NCBI GenBank assembly: GCA_013239625.1
Contig: MU053934.1
Coordinates: 1,457,285 to 1,521,284 of the forward strand
Direction of reading: 5' to 3'
DNA from: Lama guanicoe
Lineage: Eukaryota
DNA: 64,000 nucleotides
Each line of letters begins with the position of its first letter. The stretch's first letter is position 1. Made by a program: the position numbers and the translations under genes. The notes under the pieces are model-generated. The model worked only from the letters and a program-made list of their open reading frames with translations, did not search any database and was not told where the DNA came from. Positions 13,008-26,739 of the stretch are shown here, piece after piece.

Positions 13008-14406
13008 TAATAATCAGACACAAGGAGGCTTGGGGATGTCGTAGGTGAAGCACTTGATATCCCAGTGATAATAAGTCACCACTGCAGATGGAGTCACGGG
13101 CCCAAAGCTCACAGATGCAAGAAATAAAACCTCTTCTATTGCCATCACTGAACTTCATTTCTCTCTTAAGCTTCATTTTGTTTGACGGCAGAAACTAAAC
13201 CTCACTTAGTTTCTGGTCTGCTTTCTTGCTGGATCGCCCCCGTCTTCTGAAGAATTAAATAATGTCAAAGCACCGGTATGAAGAGCAGAGTCTGATCCTT
13301 AGACATTGTCGTCAACCATGTGGCGTCTTCAGAGTCTGCACTGTCGTGTGTCCTTGTCCCAACAGTGAAGCCTCCAGGCTCTCTCAGAGCCAAATTCCAC
13401 TCAGGCCGTCACAAAACTCTCAGGGGGAAGACTGAAGCTTTTCTTGACCTCTGTGATACAAGTGGGGTCCAGAAAAGTCATTCCTTGCTCCCCAGGAAAC
13501 TTACTAGACTCACCCGGTAATCTCTGCTGGACAGACACCTGGAACCATTTCCACTCAATTCCTCAGCTCAGATGGGGGACAGGAGAACCATGGGGTCTTG
13601 CCATTTCCCAGGGCTTATGCAGGAAAGGAGGTACAGATTCCCTCTGCTCTCAGGTACCAAAATTAATTGGGCAAATTCTGTCATTTCCTCTGCCTCTTAT
13701 TTTCCCCTGGAAAGAAAGGACAGGCAGAGCTCTTTCCAGGGACTACACATCTAAGCTCCAATCTTTTCCTTTTCCTTCTCAATTCAGAAGATTTATATAT
13801 TCTCTGCGGTGGGAAGTTTTCAGTCATATTGCATTCTTGCCACTATATTGGGAAGAGTAGAGAATTTATGCAGAGGGTTCGTCAAAGCTTAGCTTTTTAA
13901 AAACTTTATTTTAAACTTCATCTGTATATGAAACTCAGACATTTATTTTCCACCCACAGAGCCAATACGAACAGTGAACCCCAAGCAGGATAAAGACAAA
14001 TCAGTCCACACCTAAGCACATCATTGTTAAAAGATAAAGAGATTATCTTAAAAGTATCAAGAGAAAAGTGTCAGATTACAGAGGGCAGAGACAATAATAA
14101 GAATGACAGCTGATGTCTCAGTGGAAACAAAAGTGGCCGGAAAACAGTGAAACAGCATCTTTGAAGGGATGAAAGGAAAAAAAAAATCTGTCAACCAAGA
14201 TGTCTACGTCCAGTGAAAAGACCCTTCATAAATGAAGTGAAAGAACTATATATACGTCTCAGACAGAGCAAAATGCTGAGAGAACTTGTCTCCAGCAGAC
14301 TGTGCTGTAGGAAGCACTAAAACAAGTTCTTCAGGCTTGAGGGGAATTAAATCAGATGGAAGCCTGGATCTGCAGGGAGAAACAGAGAAATAAGATAAAT
14401 ATGAGG

Positions 14407-14623
14407 TTGCAGCTACTAACTAATGTATATGAAACAGATAAACAACAAGTTCATACTGTATAGGACAGGGAACTATATTCAACACTTTGTAGTAATTTAC
14501 AGTGAAAAAGAATATGAAAATAAACATATGTATGTTCATGGATGACAGAAACATTATGCTGTACACCAGAAATTGACACAACATTGCAAACTGACTATAT
14601 TTCAGTAAAAAAAAACACAAAAA
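14407..14623 (+). mobile_element. Recent L1 3' end nested in old L1
   Basis: L1 3' UTR plus A tail, flanked by a perfect 15-bp TSD aagataaatatgagg (14392-14406, 14624-14638). Confidence 0.88.
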
Positions 14624-15477
14624 AAGATAAATATGAGGGTAAATATTTATAGAACTCATTTTAATTATTTTATGTTATATATCATATACTTTAAGAGACT
14701 GTTGAAAGCAAGATAACAACTCATTGTGAGATTTAGAACATATACGGGAGGAAAATACATAACAACAAACGTACAAACGGCAAGAAGATAATAAAAAGAA
14801 AACCATTGTTTTAAGGTTCTTATATTGTGAGTTAGCATTATCTGAAGGTACAGTGATGAGATAAAGATACATGCTGTTATCTCTAGAACAATCACTAAAA
14901 AAACACACACACACAGAGAAGCACAGCTAAAAATAATAAAAGAGGTTAAACTGAATACTAAAAATTACTCAACTCACCCCCTAAAAAAAATGTCAAGAAA
15001 GGAGGTGCAGAACAAAGAATAGATAAGACAAATTAAAAACACATTCCAAGAAGGATGATCAATACTTTCATTAATGTAAAAGGACTAAAGATTCCAATTT
15101 GAAACCAGAGATGATCAGAGTAAATTTTAAAAGGCCTAGCTACATGCTGTTTGTAACAAAAACACCTTAAATATGAAAACTGACAGATTGAAAGCGTAAA
15201 AACAAAAAAGACATACCATGTAAACACTAAGCATGAAAAAGCGAGTGTGCCTATATTAATATTAGGCAAAGCGGACAAAGGATACAGTGGACAAATCCCT
15301 TGAAAAACACAACTTACCAAAACCAACACAAGAAGACTAGAAAGTCTGAATAGCCCCTTATCTATCAAAGAAATTGAATTCTTAATCAAAACTTCCCTAT
15401 GGGGAAAATTCCAGGTCAAGACAGTTAAATGAATTGTAACATCTAAGAAATAAATAAAACCAACTTCACATAAACTC

Positions 15478-15845
15478 TGTCGTTGGTTGAGTTCCCCAAG
15501 AAATAGACTTTGGGATAGACGTTAGTGATGTACTTGGTGGGGGGTGCTCTTGGGAACAACGCCTATAATGGAGCAAAGGAAGAAAGATCAAACAGAAGAA
15601 GTTGAACAATAATAGAATTGCAACAGAGGTTGCAGCCTCTTTAAAGTCGTCCTGCACAGAGGAGGGGTGCAGATCTCTGTAGTCCTACATCAACCTAGTC
15701 ATTGGGTGCAGACTAGACAAGACAGCTCCATTTGTCCCAGGGCAACTCCTTGGGAGGAGTCATCAGCAGGTACCACTCCTAGAAGCTGGAAAAAAATGAG
15801 TCCTTCATTCCTGGAACGGGTATCTGGAGTGGATACAGGCACCAG
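15478..15845. mobile_element. ERVL-type LTR (LTR16/LTR33-like) interrupting L1 ORF2
   Basis: gagttccccaagaaatagactttgg...gtgctcttgggaacaacgcct motif. L1 ORF2 sequence resumes on both sides. Confidence 0.55.
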
Positions 15846-18800
15846 AGGATCTATCACAAATTCTCAGAAAGCAGAAAAGGAAGAAACATTTGGTAACTCA
15901 TTGTATGAGGCCAGCAAAAATTCAATAACAAAAACTGAAAAAGACATAACAAGAAAAAAAAATACAGGCCAATACTCCTTTTGAACATAGATGCAAAATT
16001 CCTTAATTAAATATTAGCAAATTCAATCTGCCATACAGTAAAAAAATAATACATCATGACCAAGTGGTGTTTGTCCTGGGAATTTGAGATTTAGCGTAAT
16101 ATAAAAAAAAAAGAAAGCCATGCAACTCACCACATTAAAAGAATAAAGGATAAAAATCACATGATTGTCTCCAAAGATGCAAAAAACTCAATTCCAATTC
16201 ATGATTTTTTTAATTCTCTGAAAACTAGAAATAGAAAGGAGTTTCCTCAACCTGATAAAGAGCGTCTATGAAATATATACAACTAGTATCCTATTTAGGA
16301 GTGAAACACTGAACACTTCCTCCATAAGATCAGGAACAAGCCAAAGATGTCTGCTCTCAGTATTTCTATTCAGCGTTAATACTAGAGGTTCCATCCAGTG
16401 CAATAAAGTGATGAAATGAAACAAAAGCACAAGGATTGTAAAGGAATAAATAAAGACATCTTTGTTCACAAATGAAATGATTGTTTATATAGAAAACTCT
16501 AAGGAATCTACAAAAACATGAGTAAGTCTAAGAGGTGAATGTAGCAAGTTCACAGGATACAAGACCAATACATGGAAATTAACTATTTTAGTTAATTTCC
16601 ATGTACTGGAAAGGAACAACTGAAAGATTAAGTTTTTTTTTAAAAAAAACAAGCTAATTAAAACTAGCATTAAAAATTAACTACAAAAGAATGACTCTTT
16701 AAAAATACATGCAAGACCTATTAAAAATTAAAGATCTAAATAAATCGAGAGATACCATGTCCATTCTCTTCAAATTTATGTACCATTCAATGCAATCTCA
16801 ATGAAAACCCCAGCAGACTTTTTTGAAGAAACTGATATGTTGATTCTAAAATAGATGAACATGTAAAAGACCTAAGATGGCCAGAAAAGTCTTGAAAAAG
16901 AACAAAGTTAAAGGACTTTCACTATGTGATTCCGAGGTTTACCATAAAGGTACACTCATCAAGATACTGTGGTATCAGTGCAAGGCAAGAATAGGGAAAA
17001 CTTACAGTATGACAGAGAAATAAGAAACAATCAAGATTACTAGACATATGTTTAAAATAGGATGATAGAAATAAAAGTATAATTAAAATATAAAACTCAG
17101 TGGATAGATTAAATTAGAATCAGCTAAAGAGAAGATCAGCAAAACAGGAAACAGATCTAAATAAATTATTCAAAATACCCATGAGATGGAAATGGGTTAG
17201 AAAAAGTGAACAAAAAAAAAAAAAAGAGAGAGAGAGAGAGAATAGGGTGAAAATATCCAACATATGTCTCACTAGAATTCAAAGTGAGAGAGTAGAGAGA
17301 ATAATGAACGGGTGTGTTTTCAGAGATAAAAAGAAAAAGACTAAGATTTTACCAGAACTGATGAAAGACACAGAACTAAAAAGCCAAGGAACCTAAGAAA
17401 GCCTCAAGTGAAATAAATTGAAAAGAAATCCCTATCTTGACACATCAAAGGCAAGTTTCAGAATGCCATCGATCCTAGGGTGTAGGCTCCATGACAGGAA
17501 GGAGCACCGAGCACATAATCACCATCAGTAATTACTTATGCAATGAATGAATTAAATAGGAGATTTTAAAAGAAATCAGAGAAAAGGCACCTATTACATA
17601 CAACAGAATAATTAGATTGACAACTGACTTCACAGCAACAATGGAAGCCACGAGAAAGTAAATGAATATCTTCAAAGTACGGAAAGTAATCATCAACCTA
17701 GAATTCTGCACCAAGAAGAAAACTATATATAAAGAGAAATAAAGGCATTTGTGGAGGGAGGAAGGGGAGGGAGGAGAGAGAAGGAGACTATGAACCAACA
17801 AACTTTCACAAAGGGAACTTTTAAAGGATGTGCTTCACAAGGAAGGCAAACGGTCCCAGAGACAGTTTCAGACGAAGGAAGAAACAGAAACAAATACATG
17901 GTAAACACATAAATAAATTTAAACAAAAATTGATTTTATGAAACATTCACAATAATGTCCAATATATGAGGTTTAAAAAACCAAGAATTAAAATACTGAA
18001 CAGTGACAAGTAAGTCTGGAGGCAGATAATAATAAAGATCCTTGCTTTGTTCAGGAGAAAGGCAAAGATGCTAATTAATTTTAGAACATTGTCATATATG
18101 CTATATGTAATATAATTACATTTGGATGTGAAGTCCTTATATTATATATATAATAATATATAATATTACCTATTACATTTTCTTATATTTTATGTAATTA
18201 TATTATGTATTATATTTAATATTTAACAATATCATATTATATATATATATCTCTACAGAAACACAAGTTTAGTAAAACTTCTCAACAAGCAGAGGTAAAA
18301 ATGAAATAAGGATAAAAAATATCTCAATGAAGGCAAAAGAAAATAGGAAAAGAAAGGGAAAAAAGCTAGAAAAAGTGAGACGCATAGAAAGTCAAAATTG
18401 GATGGCCGAAATGACTCTAAATATATAAATCACAATCAATGCAAATGGGCTAAATTCTCCAGTTAAAAGACAGAGGCTGTAATACTGTATTAAAAATTCA
18501 ACAGCATGGGACTGGGGAATGGGTTCTGCCTGGCAGCCGATAGGGTTTTCTGTTCTCATGCAGTCTCTGGGGTTAGGATGGGGTGGGACAAGGATATGGA
18601 TGAACATCTGTTCACTGACATCCTACGTGATGTCATAAAGGAATCATTGTGGCTTACAGAGATGCATATAGTAAAATGGAACTTTTATGATGAAATCAAA
18701 GCAAAAGGGAACTAGACTGAAAGTAATATAAGATGCAGTCAGATCAATACACAAAATATATCCATAAAGCCTTGCTGGAGGTCAACTGGGGAGTTAACTC

Positions 18801-20260
18801 TGAGGTTCCTAGCAGCAAAAGCAAAGAGAGAAACATGGACATTATCATAACATTCCCAGTGTCCAATGCATCAAATACAAACCAGCACAATGTCGGCTTT
18901 CCCTGCTGCAGACACCTGAGAGAAATCTGTCCTCAATAAAGAGGTAATTATGCAAGATAATGGCCATCACTTTCCAGATATTCCTATAACAAAGCCAAGA
19001 ACCTCTTTTTGCTATAGTTTTTTTTTTTAAATATCCTTCAATGAAAGCAATTCTACAAGGGCCAAGACAGTAAAATCCAAAGAGATGGCTCCATGATATG
19101 TGTTTTGACCCAAGGACAAAATTGATAAGGACTGGGATAATGGTTCTTGACTGCTTTGGGGGTTGTGGGCCACTCAAGGTATCCAATTAAAGCACTGTGG
19201 TGTCAGGAATATTTGAGGAAAGAAGGAACACATTTGCTGAATCTCAATTCCAGTTCCCAGGAGGTCCTGCTGCACTGGTGTTTTACCCTTGGATTCTGTT
19301 AGAGCTTAGTAGTAAAGAGAAAAACCACAACTACAACCATAAACTATAGTAGCAACCAGCGCTTACAGAGCACCATGGATCAGGCACTTTTTTAAGCACA
19401 TGGATAAATTCTGTACGCTCCTCCTCCCACCCCAGGACACACTTTTCTTGAACAAGCTTGTATAGACTTTCTTTCCTTGAACAAGGAGTAGGCATGAAAA
19501 AGCCACAGTAGGTTCTTTTAAGAAGTAGAAATAGACAAAGAAACTCTATTCCAGGAGAATCTGTCTGTGAAGCCAAGCAACCTGAGATAGAAGAGAGAAG
19601 AGGTAGGAAGGGCAGTGGGGAGGGGTTGCAGCCATCTGGGCATGAAGCGGCAGAGAAAGGATCAAACACGCATATACAGATGTATATTTATGTACTGACA
19701 GAAGAGTCAGTGATGTCAGACCAATTAATGAAAGAGGCCGCGGAGAGGGAAGAGTTAAACATAGGTGACCTTGCACAAGTGGCTTTCTTCTTCTGTCCTT
19801 GGTCCCCCATCTGTAAACAAGGGAGCCGGGCAGTCTCTGATCCTCTGATTATGTGAGCTGGCACGTGGGCACAGTAGCAGTGCCATAGTGGGTGACAATT
19901 ATTATGTGTGCTGATTTATTTAAATTGATGGCCTTGAGATGCTACCGGGCCTTCTGAACCCTGAGGAGCGATTAAATGACAACCACTGCAGCTCTGTTGT
20001 TAGATGTTTTTTTCTTTAGCCATCAAGAGGTTTGAGAAAGGCCACGCCCTGAGCTGGAGACCTGAGATGAGAGACACAGCTCCTAGCCTGGAGGAGAACG
20101 CAGTCTGCAGCCCCTAAGCCAAAGGAAGAAGCATCTCCTCCAGATGCTCAAAGCCTAGCCTGGGAGACAAACACAGAATGGACTGAAGACCCAACACGGG
20201 CTCCAGGGCTCAGAGAAGGGCAAGATGGATTCCAGTGCTGCCTCTTAGAAACAGGTTATT

Positions 20261-20355
20261 GGGCAGAGGGTATAGATCAGTGCTAGAGTGTGTACTTAGC
20301 ATGCATGAGGTCTCAGGTTCAATCCCTAGTACCTCCATTAAAAAAGAAGAAGAAA
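20261..20355 (+). mobile_element. tRNA-Ala-derived SINE (camelid Vic-1-like)
   Basis: tRNA-Ala-like head with A/B boxes and A tail; TSD agaaacaggttatt (20247-20260, 20356-20369). Confidence 0.88.
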
Positions 20356-21604
20356 AGAAACAGGTTATTAATCACTGGAGAACAGGAAAACCCATGAAGA
20401 TGATTTTATTCTGCCCCAAACAAGTTAAATCTTGAAACCTTATTACATGGGGAGAAATGTCAGTGGAATTTGAATATCATTAAAATATAATCAGGGCTCT
20501 TAAGTGCTTTGGTTTTTTCACTGCCTATGAAAACACAAACTTCGGTTGAAAAAGAGATGAATATCTAAATGCCCATGTCAACCTTGAGAGGTGCCTGATG
20601 GGGCAGGAAGAACAACGGAGAGGAACTTTGTCTCATCTGCCCTACGTAAATCTGTGGATTTTCATTTCCCCACGGATAAAGGAGCTGTCACGGTTTCTGC
20701 CCCGCTTCTCTCACGAATGTCACGGCTTCCATTTACAGAACACATACAATGGACCAGACACCATCCTAGGAAATTTGCCTGCATTTATCATCTCCGTTCA
20801 CCTTCACAGTGATGGCGCAAGGGCAGGTCATTATTATCTTACTGTGATGGAAGCCACAGAAGGTTGGCATAGCCTCCTGAGTTCAGAGGGCTGGGTGGGG
20901 TGGAGCTACGCTCCACACCCACAGCTGCCTTTCTTTAAAGCCTGTGCAGCAGAAGCCGTCTTGGAGAGGCTGGAACTCCAAGGAAATGAACTTGGTACGT
21001 GCACACCTGTGAAGCGCCTCAAACACCAGGCTGAAAGACATCTTGACAGAATCCGCTCTTAAAGACCACATCCTCTCGTGACCCACGCAACTCTGCTGGC
21101 GAAATTAAGGATCCAGGTGTCCCAAGAGAGACAGAGGTTCTTAGCATTCGTCTCTCAGTTGGCAGTTACCAGTGAGGAAATAGTCTTCAGTGATGGAGCT
21201 GCATAAAACCTTACTGGCCCCCCTCCATTCCCCTCTCTCCTGATTCACATCCCACCAAGAGCTCCCCACACCCCAACCCCCAACCTCCATGGGGCCAAGC
21301 ACGCATGCAGACCCACACAGGAATCCCAAATTAGCTCACCCTGCCTCCCAGCTGCTGGATGAACCTAATTAGACCAAATTAATAATTTATTTAAGCAAAA
21401 TGAGACATGCCAAGACTCTCCAGGGAGGCTGTAAAATGATAAAGCTGTCTGATTAGGAAAATATGTCGACACCCCATGAGAACTCTTTGGTTCTGGGATG
21501 GAAGCAGGAGGCCCATCTGACATGTCACCTTCCGAGGCCAGCTCCTGCACCTGCATCTGCAGGTCCTCCCACCTGCATCTCTCGAGGCGTGACTTCGCCT
21601 GTCC

Positions 21605-21715
21605 CACCACACGCTCCTCCACTGCCCTCCTCTTCTCCCTCCCTTGATCCTTCTCGTCCTCCTTCCCCTCCTCCTGCTCCTCCTCCTGCTCCTCCCTCTC
21701 CTCCTCTGCCTTCAC
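21605..21715. repeat. CCT-rich low-complexity polypyrimidine tract
   Basis: Imperfect (CCT)n run. Confidence 0.8.
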
Positions 21716-22124
21716 CCTGACACATCATTAACCTAAACTTTCAAGATCATTCTCCCTCACCAGAAAGGAAAGCGGGATGACAAGCTAATATTTCCATGTC
21801 ACACACTGAGCGATTTTTACAGAAAAATTAACAGGCACTTGACAAAGTCATAATTACTAACTAATGATGCATTATGCAATTTCCATAATTAGGCGTGTTA
21901 TTGGTATTTCCTTCCTACCACAGAGCCGGTGGGGCCACCTTTATTTATAGCAAGGGAAATGGCTAGTCTGTGTGCAGGTTGTTCAGAGAAAACGTCTCTT
22001 CAAAGAAAACTTCTCTTTAAACCCTCACACACACCCAGACCTGGCTCACATCCTCCTGCCGGCCAGTCCCCTCTGGTGCTGGTTCCTCTCTTCTGAGCAA
22101 CAGGAATGAATCAATCCAGGGGGA

Positions 22125-22700
22125 ACTCTCGTGGGAACGTAAATTGGTGCAACCACATAAGGTTCCTCAAAAAATTGAAAATAGGACTAGCGTATGACCC
22201 AGCAATCCCACTCCTAGGTATCTATCCAAAGGAAAAGATTATTGAAGGGGTATCTGCACTCCCATGTTCATTGCAATGTTATTCACAATAGCCAAGACAT
22301 GAAAACAACCTAAGTGTCTGTCAACAGACGACTGGATAAAGAAGATGTGGCACATATATACAATGGAATATTACACAGCCATGAGAAAGAAGGAAATCCT
22401 GCCATTTGTGACACTGGGGATAGACCCTGAGGGCATTATGCTAAGTGAAATAAGCCAATGACAAGTACAGCATGGTATCACTTTTATGTGGATTCTTTAA
22501 TAAAAAAAAATCAAACTCATAGAAATAGAGAGTAGAAAAGTGGTTTTCAGGGGCTGAGCGGTGAGGGAAATAGGGAGAGGGTGATAAAAAGGTACAAAGT
22601 TTCATCTATAAGATGAATAAGGTCTGAGGATCTGATATATAACATGGTGACTACAGTTGATAACACTGTATCGTATAGTTGAAATTTGCTAAGTTTAAAA
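22125..22700 (+). mobile_element. L1 (L1MA/MB-like) 3' end
   Basis: tatgacccagcaatcccactcctaggtatctatccaaagg, gactggataaagaagatgtgg, atgctaagtgaaataagcca. Confidence 0.85.
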
Positions 22701-22877
22701 AATGAATGAATGAATGAATGAATGAATGGTTTAGTACATTGTCTGGGTGATTGCTGACACTCAGTAAAAGCAAGTCCCCTTCTCTCCCTGTTGCGACAGG
22801 CAGAGGCTTTGCCAGACCAGGCTGGAGAAGGCTTTGATTTTCCTAACATGAGCTGGTCGATTTAAGACTGGAAATCT

Positions 22878-23050
22878 GAGTGAGGGTATAGCTCAAAGGT
22901 AGAAAGCTTGTTTAGCAGGCACGAGGTCCTGAGTTCAATCCCCAGTACCTCCACTAAAATAAATAAATAAACCTAATCACCTCCCTTCCCTCCCCAAACA
23001 AACAAACAATAAATAAATAAATAAATAAAAATTATTAAAAAAAATAATAA
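22878..23050 (+). mobile_element. tRNA-Ala-derived SINE (Vic-1-like)
   Basis: Head gagggtatagctcaaaggtaga...gttcaatccccagtacctcc, (TAAA)n tail, TSD aagactggaaatct (22864-22877, 23051-23064). Confidence 0.9.
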
Positions 23051-23469
23051 AAGACTGGAAATCTTACAGGTCAAGACCAGGCTCCAATCAGCCACCATTC
23101 ATTTGTGGTGACCACAGGCATAGTGAGACAGGTGATTATACTCTGGGGTGATTACAAAAGGGTGATACAGGCTCCTAGTCTTCAGATGTTCACCTCTTCT
23201 AGGAAAGAGCTAGGTGAAGACCAAAAAGTGAAGCAACTGTGACAAAAGTGCAAAGGGCTAACTGAAGAGCAGCGACAGTGAGTGGGCCTGGGGTGAGGGA
23301 CTAGGGACGGGGAGAGACACTAGCAGCTTGGTTCCATCTGGAAAGGTTTTGTGCTGCCTGGAGACAGTGACCTGGAATTCCCAGAATGCACTGTGCTTTC
23401 TCACCTCCACACTTAGACATGTGTTTCCGGGTACCTGGGATGCCCTTGCCCTATTTACCTACTGTGCTT

Positions 23470-23610
23470 CTTTTTTTTCATTTCTTTTTTAATCTTGGGG
23501 CAGGGAGGTAATTAGACTTTTACTTGTTTTAATGGAGTTACTGAGGGCTGAACCCAGGACCTTGTGCATACTAAGCACGTGCTCTACCACTGAGCTTGGT
23601 TCCTTCCCCG
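23470..23610 (-). mobile_element. tRNA-Ala-derived SINE (Vic-1-like)
   Basis: Reverse complement head gaacccaggaccttgtgcatactaagcacgtgctctaccactgagc. Confidence 0.82.
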
Positions 23611-23887
23611 TGCACTGCACTTCTGCTCAACCTTCAAGAGTCGGCTCCCTGTGGCCTCTGGGAAGGCTTCCTGGATCCCTCTAAACAAAGATAAGCACTT
23701 CGTTAACTTAACTGTTCACTGCTCTACAGGAAGACTTTAATTATCCAAATGCCCAGGTGTAGGCATTGACCATATACAGGGCACACTGCTAAGCTTTGTG
23801 GGGAACATCAGGACTGCTCACAAAGAACTTACCAGAGTACCCTAGTCATGGGGGAAAGAAACTACTTTTTAGGTGGGGGAAAAAAAC

Positions 23888-23969
23888 TATTAGGTGGAAC
23901 CATATGAAATTACTATTTTAGCAGGTCAAAATGGTGATGTATCAGTAATTCCACATGGTACAACCTAAT
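23888..23969. mobile_element. MADE2-like mariner MITE (~80 bp)
   Basis: Terminal inverted repeats tattaggtggaaccatatgaaatt and aattccacatggtacaacctaat. Confidence 0.8.
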
Positions 23970-24011
23970 GATTAACAATGCAAGTTTGTCTGTAGCAATG
24001 TCATTTTCTCT

Positions 24012-24138
24012 CTTTTTTTTAATTATTGGAGTTTAATTTTATTTATTTATTTATTTTTTTAGTGGAAGTACTGGGGATTGAACCCAGGACCCTGTGCATG
24101 CTAAGCATGTGCTCTACCACTGAGCTATCCCCTCCCTC
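24012..24138 (-). mobile_element. tRNA-Ala-derived SINE (Vic-1-like)
   Basis: gtactggggattgaacccaggaccctgtgcatgctaagcatgtgctctaccactgagctatcccctcc. Confidence 0.88.
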
Positions 24139-24469
24139 TGCAATGCACACAGCATTTTCGGTCTGCAGAATGCTTTCATCCCCATGATCTCATGCGAGCC
24201 TCACATGCTGTGATTTACGCATGTCTACTGTCCCCATTTTATAGATGAGGAAACTGAAGGACAGAGCCAGTGACTCCCCGAAGGCCAAGAGGGGACTTAG
24301 GCCCACGTCACCTGCATCTAAATATGATACTTATGTGTGTCATTCAAGGTCAAACAACTATTCATGTTGAAGGGAAGAGAAGATACAGGAAAGAGAAATC
24401 AAAAACACAGAGGAAGTATCACAAACTTCAGAACTGTGTGAGGATGGGAACTCCTTAATCATGCACCCA

Positions 24470-24980
24470 GCAAATATTAATCTAACCATTACTAGGCATG
24501 GAGAACTGAGCCAGACAATGAGGAAATAGAATTGAACAAGGAAAACCAGGTCCTGCCCTCATGGAGTTCATATTCTGGTGGGGACATCAAAGACTCTCAG
24601 AGAATGATTAGTGCTATGCAGAAAACAAAAGAGAGCCATGTGGTGCGGAGTAGGCGGTGGGTGAGTGGATGAAGCCATGGAGAGGATGTTCAGAGAAGGC
24701 CTGTGTGTGTTGTACTCTGTGTGTTGAAAAGGAGGGGACCGAGAAGAGCTCTGAGGAAGAGCATTTCAGGCAGCCTGACAGCCAAGTGCAAAGACCCTGA
24801 GGCTGGAAGGAGTTGTGTCCAAGTCCCAAGACAAGGTCAGTGTGGGTGGAGCAGGGGAAGGGGAGGGAGTCATGTAGGATGAGGCTTCTGCTGGCATGAA
24901 CCAAATCAGAGAATACCTCCTGGGGAAAGCAAGCTTTCACCCTGCCTGGGCAGGGTGGGTGAGGTATGGAGAGGCACCAG
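24470..24980 (-). mobile_element. L2 LINE 3' fragment
   Basis: cagcaaatatt...cctgccctcatggagttcatattctggtgggg...gaggaagagcatttcaggcag...caagtgcaaagaccctgagg. Confidence 0.7.
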
Positions 24981-26739
24981 GAAGAGGGAGAGAGGACTCT
25001 GCCATGAACATGGTCTCTGATTCTCCACACTGGATTTGGCTGAGCCAGTGAATCAGCTGGGGCAGTCACTGTCATCATCTGGAGTTACTGACAAAGAAAC
25101 TCCACAGGTTTCCACTGAAGGAGAGACATTTCCAGGATGTGTAATCCTTGTCTTCATCTTCCAACACTTCATTGGCTACCGATACACAAGGAATAAAATG
25201 TATTGCACGCCAATGTGCTGGATCTGGGACCTGGACCAATGGATGGAGGCTTCAGAGAAATACATTTGAGTGCAAAAGATGGAAAAAACAAACAAGCAGA
25301 GCTGAACCAAAAGAAAACGGGCTTATGCGGAAAGCAGGGATAGTCCCGGTCCTGAAGGCATGCAAGCCAAGGGTGGGCAAGCACTGAGCAGGATGTGGAG
25401 AGGAGCTGAAGGTCAGAAGAAGTTCAAAAAAGATCACTTTCCATAGGGCGTCCCCACATGGCAGTTTGCCCACAGTGGTCCCTGTAATGACAGGTGTCCC
25501 AGTGTTATTTACATTAACAGTACTCTTCTACTCCCCAGCAGTGTCCCAAAATGGATGATGAATTATCTAGACCCCAAACTTTAAGACCCCTTTCAGCTCT
25601 GAGAGTCTGTGATTCTCTTCCCTATCCTGGTATCTCTCTTCCCCCCCCCCCCATTCAGCTGCAGGACTTGTCTGAAGTCATTTCCACCAGAAGCCTTGAC
25701 CTGTGCCCCCAGATGAGGTGGGGGCAGGTTAGTTCCATTGGCCTGGCAGACCTTCTCCTGTAAAAGCAGCCTGAGTTTCCTTCTAGAAACCTAATGTCAG
25801 TTCTCAGGGGGTGGGCGGGGTAGGCACATGACTTGGCCTCTGACCATCCTCCTGACCATGGTGATCTCGGTGGGGAGCGAGGTCACCACTCTGAGAACCT
25901 GCCGAGAATGAAGCCCACACGTAGGCAAGCTGAGCTGAGAGATGCAGCAGAGACTGTCCTAACGCCGCCACGAGGACACCTGGGTTCAGCTGTGCCTGAA
26001 GCCAACCTACCTCAGCCTGTCACTTACCTGAGCCAGCAGGTCCCTATTTTCAATAATCCAGTTGAGTGTGGTTTCTGTCATCTCCAGAGGAGAGACACCT
26101 GAACAGGTGGTGTCCGCAGAGTACCCTGCATTTCCCCCATGACAGCTCTTATCGCCCTTGCTTGTAGGTCCAGACATCAGATCTGACCCTCCCACCAAAA
26201 CAGAAGTCTCATGAGAGCTGGATGTCTGCCTAAATCCTCTCAGTCTGGTGAGGAGCACAGCCCACTCCCTCCCATCACTGGGGTCTCCACAAGGGTAACC
26301 TCCATGAAGAGACCTCCCTCCACGACCCTGTCTCAAAAATTCCTCCCATGAAGCTCTACTTCGCTGGCACCCCATGTGGCTTCTCTTCAGAGCACCTCTC
26401 CTGCCCTTTACAACATCTCACTGTAGATGACACTTTTGCTAGATTATTGTCTGTGTCCCCATGAGAATGTAAACTTTCATAACTTGCTCGGAGCAGGGAC
26501 CTTATCTCCTGGGTCCTCCACTGTATAAACAATGCCTGGCACAGTGCAGCATCCAGTACCCATGGTGAGTGACTGAGTGAGCGAGTGAATGAACACCACT
26601 GGCCTGGGAATTAGAGGAACAACGGATGCAAAAGCTTAACAAAGTGCCTTGGTAAGGGTAAGGGCTCAATAAATTGTTAGCTGCATGTTCTACCCCCACT
26701 TCCACCATAGTTAATCTTCCTGAGTGTCACCCACACCTG

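Larger units (their letters stand above)
13960..18505 (+). mobile_element. Cluster of old L1M fragments (ORF1, ORF2 endonuclease/RT remnants)
   Basis: Degenerate L1 motifs such as aatgtaaaaggactaaagattccaatt, gaacatagatgcaaaattccttaattaaatattagcaaatt, ttcctcaacctgataaagagcgtctatgaa, aatgcaaatgggctaaattctccagttaaaagacagag. No intact ORF. Confidence 0.8.

Noticed and set aside
12676..13176. Phe/Leu/Ser-rich and Lys/Glu/Arg-rich ORFs
   Set aside because: Translations of the GAAA microsatellite.
21365..21728. Glu-rich, Pro-rich and Gly-rich ORFs
   Set aside because: Derived from the CCT low-complexity tract.
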